DNA of 64,000 nucleotides from Eledone cirrhosa (lineage: Eukaryota): the NCBI GenBank assembly GCA_964016885.1, contig OZ024752.1, positions 16,492,001 through 16,556,000 on the forward strand, in the 5' to 3' direction. The position numbers were made by a program, and so were the translations under genes. The first letter of the stretch is position 1, and the number at the start of each line of letters is the position of its first letter. Below the pieces are notes generated by a model. It was not told the origin of the DNA. It was given only the letters and a program-made list of their open reading frames with translations, and searched no databases. Below are positions 51,291-64,000 of the stretch, piece after piece.

Positions 51291-52235
51291 AGCTTTTTTC
51301 AGCTGCGATTTGCTGTCCAACAGATCTCCAGATGTGATCCCCTGCTTAGCGCTTCTCTAGGTTTGATCCACTTCCCAGCAGATCTCTAGGCTTGATCCAC
51401 TGTCCAGAATATCTCTAGGTCTGATCCACTGTCTAACACATTTCCAGGTCTGATTCATTGTCCAACAAATGTCCAAGTCTGACCCACTGTCCAGAACATC
51501 TCTAGGTTTAATCCATTGTCCAGCAGATTTCCAAGTCTGACCCACTGTCCAGAACATCTCTAGGTCTGATCCACTGTCCAGCAGATCTCTAGGTTTGATC
51601 CACTGTCCAGAACATCTCTAGGTTTGATCCACTATCCAGCAGATCTTCAGGGGTGATCCTCTGTTTAGCGCTGCACTAGGTTTGATTTACTCCCTAGCAT
51701 CCCTCTAAATCTCTTTCACCGTATCCTTAAGTCGAATCTTCCCTAATAGAAGACAACTGTCTATGCGTATATATTGTCGTGCATGTATCTATATATACAT
51801 ATATAAAACGATAACATTATGAGACTACCTAGTATGGCACCGTTAAAGTACTGACTCGAATATGTATATTCAAACTCGTCCTACGAACTTGAGGTGTTCA
51901 ACACCTTGGATTTTTATTTACCTATTACTACTATTACTACTATTACTACTACTATATGAGGAGGACGTGCAATTGCGTAATATCTACCGATAATACACAA
52001 TTTTCTACACACTGCAGTTTTAATAACTGTTGTTGGACAGAATATAGCACAGAAACGGAATCCGTGCAGGAGCTAGATATATAACGTATCTTTACCAAAA
52101 CACAGCCACTGCACTTGCTATTAACTATTATGTGTGCACTGTGAACATCGAGATGCAGTTTCACAACTGCAACCTTATTGATTCATGTGAGTGAGTCGTG
52201 GCCTCAGAGCGCTGAAATAACAGTGAATTTCGCCA

Positions 52236-52282
<47 letters not shown>

Positions 52283-52285
<3 letters not shown>

Positions 52286-52550
52286 CTACCAGTATTAGAC
52301 ACGGAACTCTGGATTAACACTACAGACGAGAGGGCCCAAATTCTCCACTCACACTATGCCAAACCCATGGCCTCCAAATACCTGATACTCAAAAACTCAC
52401 CAATGTCCAATAGAATTCTGATCGCAGACTTGGTAAGTGTGATGAAGAATGTGTCGCGCATGTGCGACCCAACTGAAATGGAAAGACACATCCAACACTT
52501 CAGTAATCGCATGCAGTTCTCTGGCTACAACCAAAGAGACAGAATCAGAG
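52283..52550 (+). pseudogene. PLE RT C-terminal/thumb fragment (third lineage)
   Basis: LPVLDTELWI...HYAKPMASKYLILKNSPM...NRMQFSGY. Confidence 0.65.
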
Positions 52551-53107
52551 TATATATATATATATATATTTGAAAAAATGAAAAAAATGACTTCACTTGT
52601 AGTTCTAAACAATTTGATTTTATAATATAATTTTACAATTCGGTTTTGTAGATCTAGTAAGTTCTTTATTAACTTCGGTTGGGAGGTCTTTTTAAAGATT
52701 CCTGGTTAACTTTCCTGGAGAACTTTCTCGTATTAGTTGGTGGCGATTGTCAAACTGATCTCAGGTTGTGTTGTGATGTGTGACTCTATATATGAGAGAT
52801 TTGGGTGTGTCTGGGCTGTTAATGAGGGTGGGAGTGAAGGAGTGTTGATGAAGATTTAAAGGAATTAAAGCATATATATACACACAAAAGGCAAAAAAAA
52901 AATAGTGAATGGTAAGAGCAAGATTGATTGAGAGTTGGGAGGTGTTGGGTTGTTTAAGGAGTGTTTTAGAAAAGGCTTGTGAAAGTGTCCTCCACCTGGT
53001 TCCATTTCAATAGACTCCCTTTCTAAAACGGTCCCTAAACAACGGATGAAAGTATAAGGAAAAGAAATTGAAAATGTAACTGGAGTCTTTTAAGAATATT
53101 TATTTAT

Positions 53108-53149
53108 TTACTTTACCGGTTTCACAGTTCTTATGATTTTCAAAAGTAA
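53108..53149 (-). ncRNA. Diverged copy of the minimal UUGAAAA hammerhead
   Basis: ttactt TTGAAAA tcataagaactgt GAAA ccgg TA aagtaa. Stem I changed but still paired (6 bp); stem II disrupted. Confidence 0.6.
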
Positions 53150-53244
53150 AATTGAGAGACACACCACCACAGAAACACAAATGCTCCATCTCAATTTCGT
53201 CCACCAAAATACTCTGGTGCGCTATGGTCCACCTGGTTTCATTG

Positions 53245-53380
<136 letters not shown>

Positions 53381-53675
53381 AAGGCTAAAAAGTGAGTGTT
53401 GTTACACTGGAGTGTAACAAGAAGTTGGAGTAGGACAGAACAAAGGAGAGGCAGAAAATAACAAATAAACAACCATCCGGTTATTAAACTAATCGACTAG
53501 AAGTTTATAATAAGTTGAATTGAAAACCAACAGGTGCGTGTGATTTTACTGGCAGCATGACCCTCTCAAAGTATAACACTATCTGTTTCAACACATGTTT
53601 TCAGATAAGAAATCTTGCAAAACAAATACAAAAACGATGTACATACATACATACATAGATAGAGACAGACATATA

Positions 53676-54319
<644 letters not shown>

Positions 54320-54449
54320 GTATATACGTATATACGTACATACATACGTACATACACACGTACATACATATAGGAAGTAAATGGCATGGTTAGCAAAGAT
54401 GATGTAATCCCTGATGCAGATGAAAGTAGCTGACTAACATCGAACATGA

Positions 54450-54585
54450 CATTGGGGATAAAAATTGATATGGTAACTGTCCAGCGTAGAAAGATATCAA
54501 ATTGGAAAACTCCTGGCAGAGACGGTGTGCAAGGATTCTGGTTGAAAAAGCTGAGGGTCCCTCATGGGAGAATTGCTGAGTAACT
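54450..54585 (+). pseudogene. R4/Dong-like LINE RT fragment
   Basis: [22 protein letters not shown]...HGRIAE resembles the NWKAPGPDGVQGFW motif. Confidence 0.6.
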
Positions 54586-54865
54586 GAAAACGGGCACAGA
54601 CTCAGAGCGGGCCCGTTCACTCGGGCCATGCTCGCCTCTTTCACCTACCTTACAACAAACTGCTTTGATGGCAACACTTCCCTTTCTACCTGATTTTTCT
54701 CTTAAAGTGAAACCTGAAAAAGTTAATCAGGGCTTCGCCGAAGAAGAATGTGCTGGTCTTCAACCCTTTCCCTATGGCCACCAGACAAATAAAAACAGCC
54801 AGTCCTCTCCGACTAAAGGAAGGCGGCGGGGCGATATTCACAATAGTTTCAGCTGATGGTTGGAT

Positions 54866-55150
54866 TCATCCTACACGCGACAACAGGTGTCCAACATAAA
54901 CACACAAGTCAGCAATGCTCGGACACTGGACAAATGCATGTAGGATGGTTTCGTCGCCCTGCGCGCATCTCGAACAGGCCCGTCTGACGGCACTTCTATA
55001 TCTGTAGAGTATATCTCGAACTGGCAAAGTTCCCCGGTAGCACTGCCAGGGATTGCTGGAATTATCCCTGGGACTGAAAGTCATCCCGAAAAGAGTGGCT
55101 AGATCATTTTCGTCGATGCCCAAAGTTTCCCTCAAGAACGTCACCGCTTT
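54866..55150 (-). pseudogene. L1/Tx1-like LINE C-terminal zinc-binding (zf-RVT) fragment
   Basis: WQCYRGTLPVRD...CSRCAQGDETILHAFVQC. Confidence 0.7.
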
Positions 55151-55169
55151 TTCCCCGCCACTAACATTG

Positions 55170-55842
55170 ATGGTTCCTAATTTAGGCACAAGGTCAACAA
55201 TTATTCAGGAAAGGGAAAATCTACCTCAGTGCATTACTGGTACTTTATTTTATCGACCTCGTAAGGATGAAAGGCAAAGCTAACCTCGGCGGGATTTAAA
55301 CTCAGAACGTAAAGGGCCGTAACTCTATGCTACGAAGCAGAGTGTCCGACGCTCTATCGATACTGCCACTAATAATAATGGTTTCTGATTTAGGCACAAG
55401 GCCAGCAATTTTAGGGAGGGGAAAGTCAATTAAATCGACCTCAGTGCGTGAGTGGTATTTTATTTTGACGCCCGTAAGGTTGAAAGACAAAGCTAACATC
55501 GGCGGGATTCGAACTCAGAACGCAAAGGGCCGTAACTCTATGATAAACATTGAAGTTAATGAAGAAACGTAATTTCGAAACTGCATATATCGTTTTTGAG
55601 AAGTTGAAACATTTATTTCAAAGTGATACAAATGTTTTAAAGAAACATTATTTCGATGGATTGGCAGTATTGGTAGAGGGTCGGACGCCATGCTTTGACG
55701 CATAGAGTTACGGTCCTTGCCATTCTGAGTTCAAATCCCGCCGAGGTTTACTTTGCCTTTCATCCTTACGGGGTCGATAAAATAAAGTACCAGTAATGCA
55801 CTGGGTATTTGCTGGCCTTGTGCCAAAAGTAGAAACAATTAT
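55170..55842. mobile_element. Three SINE family 1 copies (-, -, +)
   Basis: ~55170-55370 (-), ~55378-55540 (-), ~55657-55842 (+). Confidence 0.85.
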
Positions 55843-55924
55843 TTCGATACTGGATGTTATTTATTGAAAACAGTTAATAAACAAACGTTATTTCAACACA
55901 GAATGTACGGTTGTTGAGTAATTA

Positions 55925-56242
55925 CAGTGAACCCCCAACATTCGCTGTCTCGGCATTCGCGGTCCTGGATATTCGTGGAATTTTCCTTAAAACCTAACTA
56001 ATAATTGTTCGTGGAAACCACCACATATTCGCGGAATCGTAAATATCTTCCGCGATTTTTTATGGTTCTTTTCGTGGCCATATATATATTTTCACGCTTT
56101 TCAATGCTAAATTATTAATAACAATATACCGTATTTGCCGGCCTATATTTTACGTTGTTTTGACGTTTATAGATATTTTTCTGGACCACGTCCTATAGGG
56201 TGCTCTAGGAACGTAATCCCCGCGTATACCGGAAGACAACTG
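55925..56242. mobile_element. Tc1/mariner (pogo/Tigger-like) MITE
   Basis: TA|CAGTGAACCCCC...GACAACTG|TA; degenerate TIRs with TA flanks. Confidence 0.5.
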
Positions 56243-56503
56243 TATCGGTCTATGTATGTATGTTTGTATGTGTATGTTCATATGTCAGTATATATGTGTC
56301 AATGTAAGTATGTGTAATACTAATTTTGTGTATATGTATATGTGTGTGTAATACTAATTTTGTGTATATGTATATGTGTGTGTATATGTATATGTGTGTG
56401 TATATATTTATCTGTGTGTATTTTCGTAAATATGGGATTTCTTGTATTGTTCTTTTTTGTCATATATAATGTTTTTTTTTTAAATGTAAAATAAAATAAT
56501 TAT

Positions 56504-56960
56504 TATAGAAATTTCGTATTTCTAAAGAAATACGGTTTTAGGAAGCTAACTCCCTCTAGTGGTGTCCAGCAGAAGCAAGGGGGACAACTGTCTATGCATT
56601 TCAGGCTTGACTGGTCATCGTCAGGACGATCCCTCCCACCGCTTTGCGACTGCTGGACTAGAAAACAGCCGAGAATATATAGTTTTCTCGTCTGTGTAAA
56701 TGAGGTGATTAATCTCATTTGCATATGAAGCTGCATAAGTTGGCTCAACTTATAATAGAAAAGAAATAAGATTTCGCCTCAAGCCTGAAATGCATAGACG
56801 GTTGTCCCCCTTGCTTCTGCTGGACACCACCAGAGGGCGTTAGCCCCGGTGTTTGCATAGCTACGGCTTCCTAAAACCGTAATTCTTTAGAAATACGAAA
56901 TTTCTATACATATTATATAAAGCTATGCTTGAAGCGAAATCTTATTTCTTTTCTAAAATA
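56504..56960. repeat. Inverted-repeat element containing a degenerate hammerhead (- 56581-56635)
   Basis: Arms 56504-56610 and 56779-56907. Minus strand: gggatcgtc CTGACGA tgaccagtcaagcct GAAA tgca TA^ gac. Confidence 0.6.
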
Positions 56961-57289
56961 ATTATTAGATTCTCCAGTTACCGTATCCATATGAATCACT
57001 TACAATAACATTTCAAAATTTTATAAGAGTGTTGGAAAAAGCCTGAAAAATTAACAAGCAAGGTGGGGGGATATTCAAGACCTGAGAGTACATGTAGGTT
57101 TGTGTGTATGTATCTATCTATGGTCTCATAACCCCTGATAGAATCGTAGGTGCGTCGAATTGATTTACAGCGTTTCTTGGGCATTCTAAGCCTGGTGGAT
57201 CCCATCACTCCCCAAACCTGAGTACAGCAGATTTCTTCCAGAGAAAATAGAAATTGAGTGAGAGATAAACGAGTAAGAGATGTAGAGGG

Positions 57290-57450
57290 AGAATCGACTC
57301 CAGTACTAGACTGGTACTTTTTTTTATCGACTTCGAAAGGATGAAAAGCAAAGTTGACCTCGGTGGGATTTGAACTCCGAAAGCAGAGAGCTAGAACGAA
57401 TACCGCAAATCATTGTATTCGACGATATAACGACTCTGCCATTTCGCCGC
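57290..57450 (-). mobile_element. Diverged SINE family 1 copy
   Basis: actggtactt..ttatcgac..gaaaggatgaaa.gcaaagttgacctcgg...atttgaactc. Confidence 0.75.
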
Positions 57451-57479
57451 ATATGTGTATGTATATGTGCAGAGAAAAT

Positions 57480-60400
57480 ATGCCAGCCGTGTGTGGTAGT
57501 CTGTTATGGGAAGGATCACTCTGATGTCAGCTGTGTGTGGTAGTCTGTTATGGGAAGGATCACTCTGATGTCAGCTGTGTGTGGCAGTCTGTCTAGGGGA
57601 AGGATCACTCTGATGTCAGTCGTGTGTGGTAGTCTGTCTAGGGGAAGGATCACTCTGATGTCAGCCGTGTGTGGTAGTCTGTCTAGGGGAAGGATCACTC
57701 TGATGTCAGCCATGTGTGGTAGTCTGTCTAGGGGAAGGATCACTCTGATGTCAGTCGTGTGTGGTAATCTGTCTAGGGGAAGGATCACTCTGATGTCAGC
57801 CGTGTGTGGTAGTCTGTCTAGGGGAAGGATCACTCTGATGTCAGCTGTGTGTGGTAGTCTGTCTAGGGGAAGGATCATTCTGATGTCAGCCGTGTGTGGT
57901 AGTCTGTCTAGGGGAAGGATCACTCTGATGTCAGCCGTGTGTGGTAGTCTGTCTAGGGGAAGGATCACTCTGATGTCAGCTGTGTGTGGCAGTCTGTCTA
58001 GGGGAAGGATCACTCTGATGTCAGCCATGTGTGGTAGTCTGTCTAGGGGAAGGATCACTCTGATGTCAGTCGTGTGTGGTAATCTGTCTAGGGGAAGGAT
58101 CACTCTGATGTCAGCCGTGTGTGGTAGTCTGTCTAGGGGAAGGATCACTCTGATGTCAGCTGTGTGTGGTAGTCTGTCTAGGGGAAGGATCATTCTGATG
58201 TCAGCCGTGTGTGGTAGTCTGTCTAGGGGAAGGATCACTCTGATGTCAGCCGTGTGTGGTAGTCTGTCTAGGGGAAGGATCACTCTGATGTCAGCTGTGT
58301 GTGGCAGTCTGTCTAGGGGAAGGATCACTCTGATGTCAGACATGTGTGGTAGTCTGTCTAGGGGAAGGATCACTCTGATGTCAGCTGTGTGTGGCAGTCT
58401 GTCTAGGGGAAGGATCACTCTGATGTCAGTCGTGTGTGGTAGTCTGTCTAGGGGAAGGATCACTCTGATGTCAGCCGTGTGTGGTAGTCTGTCTAGGGGA
58501 AGGATCACTCTGATGTCAGCCATGTGTGGTAGTCTGTCTAGGGGAAGGATCACTCTGATGTCAGTCGTGTGTGGTAATCTGTCTAGGGGAAGGATCACTC
58601 TGATGTCAGCCGTGTGTGGTAGTCTGTCTAGGGGAAGGATCACTCTGATGTCAGCTGTGTGTGGCAGTCTGTCTAGGGGAAGGATCACTCTGATGTCAGC
58701 TGTGTGTGGCAGTCTGTCTAGGGGAAGGATCACTCTGATGTCAGCCATGTGTGGTAGTCTGTCTAGGTGAAGGATCACTCTGATGTCAGCTGTGTGTGGC
58801 AGTCTGTCTAGGGGAAGGATCACTCTGATGTCAGCCATGTGTGGTAGTCTGTCTAGGTGAAGGATCACTCTGATGTCAGCCATGTGTGGTAGTCTGTTAT
58901 GGGAAGGATCACTCTGATGTCAGCCGTGTGTGGTAGTCTGTCTAGGGGAAGGATCACTCTGATGTCAGCCGTGTGTGGTAGTCTGTTATGGGAAGGATCA
59001 CTCTGATGTCAGCCGTGTGTGGTAGTCTGTCTAGGGGAAAGATCACTCTGATGTCAGCCATGTGTGGTAGTCTGTCTAGGGGAAGGATCACTCTGATGTC
59101 AGTCATGTGTGGTAGTCTGTTATGGGAAGGATCACTCTGATGTCAGCCGTGAGTGGTAGTCTGTCTCGGGGAAGGATCACTCTGATGTCAGCCGTGTGTG
59201 GTAGTCTGTCTAGGGGAAGGATCACTCTGATGTCAGCCATGTGTGGTAGTCTGTCTAGAGGAAGGATCACTCTGATGTCAGCCGTGTGTGGTAGTTTGTT
59301 ATGGGAAGGATCACTCTGATGTCAGCCGTGTGTGGTAGTCTGTCTAGGGGAAGGATCACTCTGATGTCAGCCATGTGTGGTAGTCTGTCTAGGGGAAGGA
59401 TCACTCTGATGTCAGTCATGTGTGGTAGTCTGTTATGGGAAGGATCACTCTGATGTCAGCCGTGAGTGGTAGTCTGTCTCGGGGAAGGATCACTCTGATG
59501 TCAGCCGTGTGTGGTAGTCTGTCTAGGGGAAGGATCACTCCGATGTCAGCCGTGTGTGGTAGTCTGTCTAGGTGAAGGATCACCCTGATGTCAGCCGTGT
59601 GTGGTGGTCTGTTATGGGAAGGATCACTCTGATGTCAGCCGTGTGTGGTAGTATGTCTAGGGGAAGGATCACTCTGATGTCAGCCGTGTGTGGTAGTCTG
59701 TTATGGGAAGGATCACTCCGATGTCAGCCGTGTGTGGTAGTCTGTCTAGGGGAAGGATCACTCTGATGTCAGCTGTGTGTGGCAGTCTGTCTAGGGGAAG
59801 GATCACTCAGATGTCAGCCAAGTGTGGTAGTCTGTCTAGGGGAAGTATCACTCTGATGTCAGCCGTGTGTGGTAGTCTGTCTATGGGAAGGATCACTCTG
59901 ATGTCAGCCGTGTGTGGTAGTCTGTCTAGGGGAAGGATCACTCTGATGTCAGCCAAGTGTGGTAGTCTGTCTAGGTGAAGGATCACCCTGATGTCAGCCG
60001 TGTGTGGTAGTCTGTTATGGGAAGGATCACTCTGATGTCAGCCGTGTGTGGTAGTCTGTTATGGGAAGGATCACTCTGATGTCAGCCGTGTGTGGTAGTC
60101 TGTCTAGGGGAAGGATCACTCTGATGTCAGCTGTGTGTGGCAGTCTGTCTAGGGGAAGGATCACTCTGATGTCAGCCGTGTGTGGTAGTCTGTCTAGGGG
60201 AAGGATCACTCTGATGTCAGCCGTGTGTGGTAGTCTGTCAAAGGGAAGGATCACTCTGATGTCAGCCGTGTGTGGTAGTCTTTCTAGGGGAAGGATCACT
60301 CTGATGTCAGCCGTGTGTGGTAGTCTGTTATGGGAAGGATCACTCTGATGTCAGCCGTGTGTGGTAGTCTGTTATGGGAAGGATCACTCTGATGTCAGCC

Positions 60401-63400
60401 GTGTGTGGTAGTCTGTCTAGGGGAAGGATCACTCTGATGTCAGCCGTGTGTGGTAGTCTGTCTAGGTAAAGGATCACACTGATGTCAGCCGTGTGTGGTA
60501 GTCTGTCTAGGGGAAGGATCACTCTGATGTCAGCCGTGTGTGGTAGTCTGTCTAGGTGAAGGATCACTCCGATGTCAGCCGTGTGTGGTAGTCTGTCTAG
60601 GGGAAGGATCACTCTGATGTCAGCTGTGTGTGGCAGTCTGTCTAGGGGAAGGATCACTCAGATGTCAGCCAAGTGTGGTAGTCTGTCTAGGGGAAGGATC
60701 ACTCTGATGTCAGCCATGTGTGGTAGTCTGTCTATGCGAAGGATCACTCTGATGTCAGCCGTGTGTGGTAGTCTGTCTAGGGGAAGGATCACTCTGATGT
60801 CAGCCAAGTGTGGTAGTCTGTCTAGGTGAAGGATCACCCTTATGTCAGCCGTGTGTGGTAGTCTGTTATGGGAAGGATCACTCTGATGTCAGCCGTGTGT
60901 GGTAGTCTGTTATGGGAAGGATCACTCTGATGTCAGCCAAGTGTGGTAGTCTGTCTAGGGGAAGGATCACTCTGATGTCAGCCGTGTGTGGTAGTCTGTT
61001 ATGGGAAGGATCACTCTGATGTCAGCCGTGTGTGGTAGTCTGTCTAGGGGAAGGATCACTCTGATGTCAGACGTGTGTGGTAGTCTGTCTAGGGGAAGGA
61101 TCACTCTGATGTCAGCCATGTGTGGTAGTCTGTCTAGGGGAAGGATCACTCTGATGTCAGCCAAGTGTGGTAGTCTGTCTAGGGGAAGGATCACTCTGAT
61201 GTCAGCCGTGTGTGGTAGTCTGTCTATGGGAAGGATCACTCTGATGTCAGCCGTGTGTGGTAGTCTGTCTAGGTGAAGGATCACTCTGATGTCAGCCCTG
61301 TGTGGTAGTCTGTCTAGGGGAAGGATGACTCCGATGTCAGCCGTGTGTGGTAGTCTGTCTAGGTGAAGGATCACCATGATGTCAGCCGTGTGTGGTGGTC
61401 TGTTATGGGAAGGATCACTCTGATGTCAGCCGTGTGTGGTAGTATGTCTAGGGGAAGGATCACTCTGATGTCAGCCGTGTGTGGTAGTCTGTTATGGGAA
61501 GGATCACTCCGATGTCAGCCGTGTGTGGTAGTCTGTTATGGGAAGGATCACTCCGATGTCAGCCGTGTGTGGTAGTCTGTCTAGGGGAAGGATCACTCTG
61601 ATGTCAGCTGTGTGTGGCAGTCTGTCTAGGGGAAGGATCACTCAGATGTCAGCCAAGTGTGGTAGTCTGTCTAGGGGAAGGATCACTCTGATGTCAGCCA
61701 TGTGTGGTAGTCTGTCTAGGTGAAGGATCACTCTGATGTCAGCCGTGTGTGGTAGTCTGTTATGGGAAGGATCACTCTGATGTCAGCTGTGTGTGGTAGT
61801 CTGTTATGGCAAGGATCACTCTGATGTCAGCTGTGTGTGGTAGTCTGTTATGGGAAGGATCACTCTGATGTCAGCCGTGTGTGGTTGTCTGTTATGGGAA
61901 GGATCACTCCGATGTCAGCCGCGTGTGGTAGTCTGTCTAGGGGAAGGATCACTCTGATGTCAGCCGTGTGTGGTAGTCTGTTATGGGAAGGATCACTCTG
62001 ATGTCAGCCGTGTGTGGTAGTCTGTTATGGGAAGGATCACTCTGATGTCAGCTGTGTGTGGTAGTCTGTTATCGGAAGGATCACCCCGATGTCAGCCGTG
62101 TGTGGTAGTCTGTCTAAGGGAAGGATCACTCTGATGTCAGCCGTGTGTGGTAGTCTGTCTAGGGGAAGGATCACTCTGATGTAAGCCGTGTGTGGTAGTC
62201 TGTCTAAGGGAAGGATCACTCTGATGTCAGTCATGTGTGGTAGTCTGTTATGGGAAGGATCACTCTGATGTCAGCCGTGTGTGGTAGTCTGTTATGGGAA
62301 GGATCACTCTGATGTCAGCCGTGTGTGGTAGTCTGTCTAGGGGAAGGATCACTCTGATGTCAGCCGTGTGTGGTAGTCTGTCTAGGGGAAGGATCACTCT
62401 GATGTCAGCCATGTGTGGTAGTCTGTCTAGGGGAAGGATCACTCTGATGTCAGCCAAGTGTGGTAGTCTGTCTAGGGGAAGGATCACTCTGATGTCAGCC
62501 GTGTGTGGTAGTCTGTCTATGGGAAGGATCACTCTGATGTCAGCCGTGTGTGGTAGTCTGTCTAGGTGAAGGATCACTCTGATGTCAGCCGTGTGTGGTA
62601 GTCTGTCTAGGGGAAGGATGACTCCGATGTCAGCCGTGTGTGGTAGTCTGTCTAGGTGAAGGATCACCCTGATGTCAGCCGTGTGTGGTGGTCTGTTATG
62701 GGAAGGATCACTCTGATGTCAGCCGTGTGTGGTAGTATGTCTAGGGGAAGGATCACTCTGATGTCAGCCGTGTGTGGTAGTCTGTTATGGGAAGGATCAC
62801 TCCGATGTCAGCCGTGTGTGGTAGTCTGTTATGGGAAGGATCACTCCGATGTCAGCCGTGTGTGGTAGTCTGTCTAGGGGAAGGATCACTCTGATGTCAG
62901 CTGTGTGTGGCAGTCTGTCTAGGGGAAGGATCACTCAGATGTCAGCCAAGTGTGGTAGTCTGTCTAGGGGAAGGATCACTCTGATGTCAGCCATGTGTGG
63001 TAGTCTGTCTAGGTGAAGGATCACTCTGATGTCAGCCGTGTGTGGTAGTCTGTTATGGGAAGGATCACTCTGATGTCAGCTGTGTGTGGTAGTCTGTTAT
63101 GGCAAGGATCACTCTGATGTCAGCTGTGTGTGGTAGTCTGTTATGGGAAGGATCACTCTGATGTCAGCCGTGTGTGGTTGTCTGTTATGGGAAGGATCAC
63201 TCCGATGTCAGCCGCGTGTGGTAGTCTGTCTAGGGGAAGGATCACTCTGATGTCAGCCGTGTGTGGTAGTCTGTTATGGGAAGGATCACTCTGATGTCAG
63301 CCGTGTGTGGTAGTCTGTTATGGGAAGGATCACTCTGATGTCAGCTGTGTGTGGTAGTCTGTTATCGGAAGGATCACCCCGATGTCAGCCGTGTGTGGTA

Positions 63401-64000
63401 GTCTGTCTAAGGGAAGGATCACTCTGATGTCAGCCGTGTGTGGTAGTCTGTCTAGGGGAAGGATCACTCTGATGTAAGCCGTGTGTGGTAGTCTGTCTAA
63501 GGGAAGGATCACTCTGATGTCAGTCATGTGTGGTAGTCTGTTATGGGAAGGATCACTCTGATGTCAGCCGTGTGTGGTAGTCTGTCTAGGGGAAGGATCA
63601 CTCTGATGTCAGCCGTGTGTGGCAGTCTGTTATTGGAAGGGTCACTCTGATGTCAGCCGTGTGTGGTAGTCTGTCTAGGGGAAGGATCACTCTGATGTCA
63701 GCCGTGTGTGGTAGTCTGTCTAGGGGAAGGATCACTCTGATGCCAGCCGTGTGTGGTAGTCTGTCTAGGGGAAGGATCACTCTGATGTCAGCCAAGTGTG
63801 GTAGTCTGTCTAGGGGAAGGATCACTCTGATGTTAGCCGTGTGTAGTAGTCTGTCTAGGTGAAGGATCACTCTGATGTCAGCGTGTGTGGTAGTCTGTCT
63901 AAGGGAAGGATCACTCTGATGTCAGCCGTGTGTGGTAGTCTGTCTAGGGGAAGGATCACTCTGATGTCAGCCGTGTGTGGTAGTCTGTCTAGGGGAAGGA
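57480..64000. repeat. 45/44-bp satellite array (>6.5 kb, runs off the window) with a 1293-bp higher-order repeat
   Basis: Unit gatcactctgatgtcagccgtgtgtggtagtctgtctaggggaag; 44-bp variant ends ...ctgttatgggaag. Confidence 0.98.

Noticed and set aside
57516-58883. 455-aa and 406-aa 15-residue-repeat ORFs on both strands
   Set aside because: Consequence of a stop-free 45-bp unit; 44-bp variants break the frame freely.
57480-64000. Satellite as a hammerhead array (CTGATG...GAAG-GATC) or a CRISPR array
   Set aside because: Core reads CUGAUGU and GAAG with no UH site or stems; there are no unique spacers and no cas genes.

Overview
Repeat-saturated, AT-rich eukaryotic genomic DNA with no recognisable host gene. 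The SINE families, huge (AT)n/(ATAC)n tracts and the LINE/Penelope/Helitron mix suggest an octopus or other coleoid cephalopod (inference, not verified). Contents: tRNA-derived SINEs; a decayed CR1-group LINE (12.1-15.7 kb); a 200-N gap; a ~7.45-7.5 kb composite unit repeated 2.7 times (15.9-35.9 kb) that runs into a ~5.9 kb palindrome of a GIY-YIG Penelope-like element (PLE); an RTE fragment; a second PLE whose inverted copy holds a fully bounded Helitron (43851-47328); a 29-bp minisatellite; and a 45-bp satellite with 1293-bp higher-order structure. The main finding, which the ORF track does not show, is about 22 hammerhead-ribozyme (HHR)-like motifs read by eye in at least six sequence families, many with the compensatory U3-A8 core (UUGAnAA). 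These include a 319-bp tandem retrozyme-like repeat (39195-39968) and a non-coding ~280-300 bp fold-back module with a minimal hammerhead on each strand, present in 5 copies. No folding software or database search was run; all structures were paired by hand.
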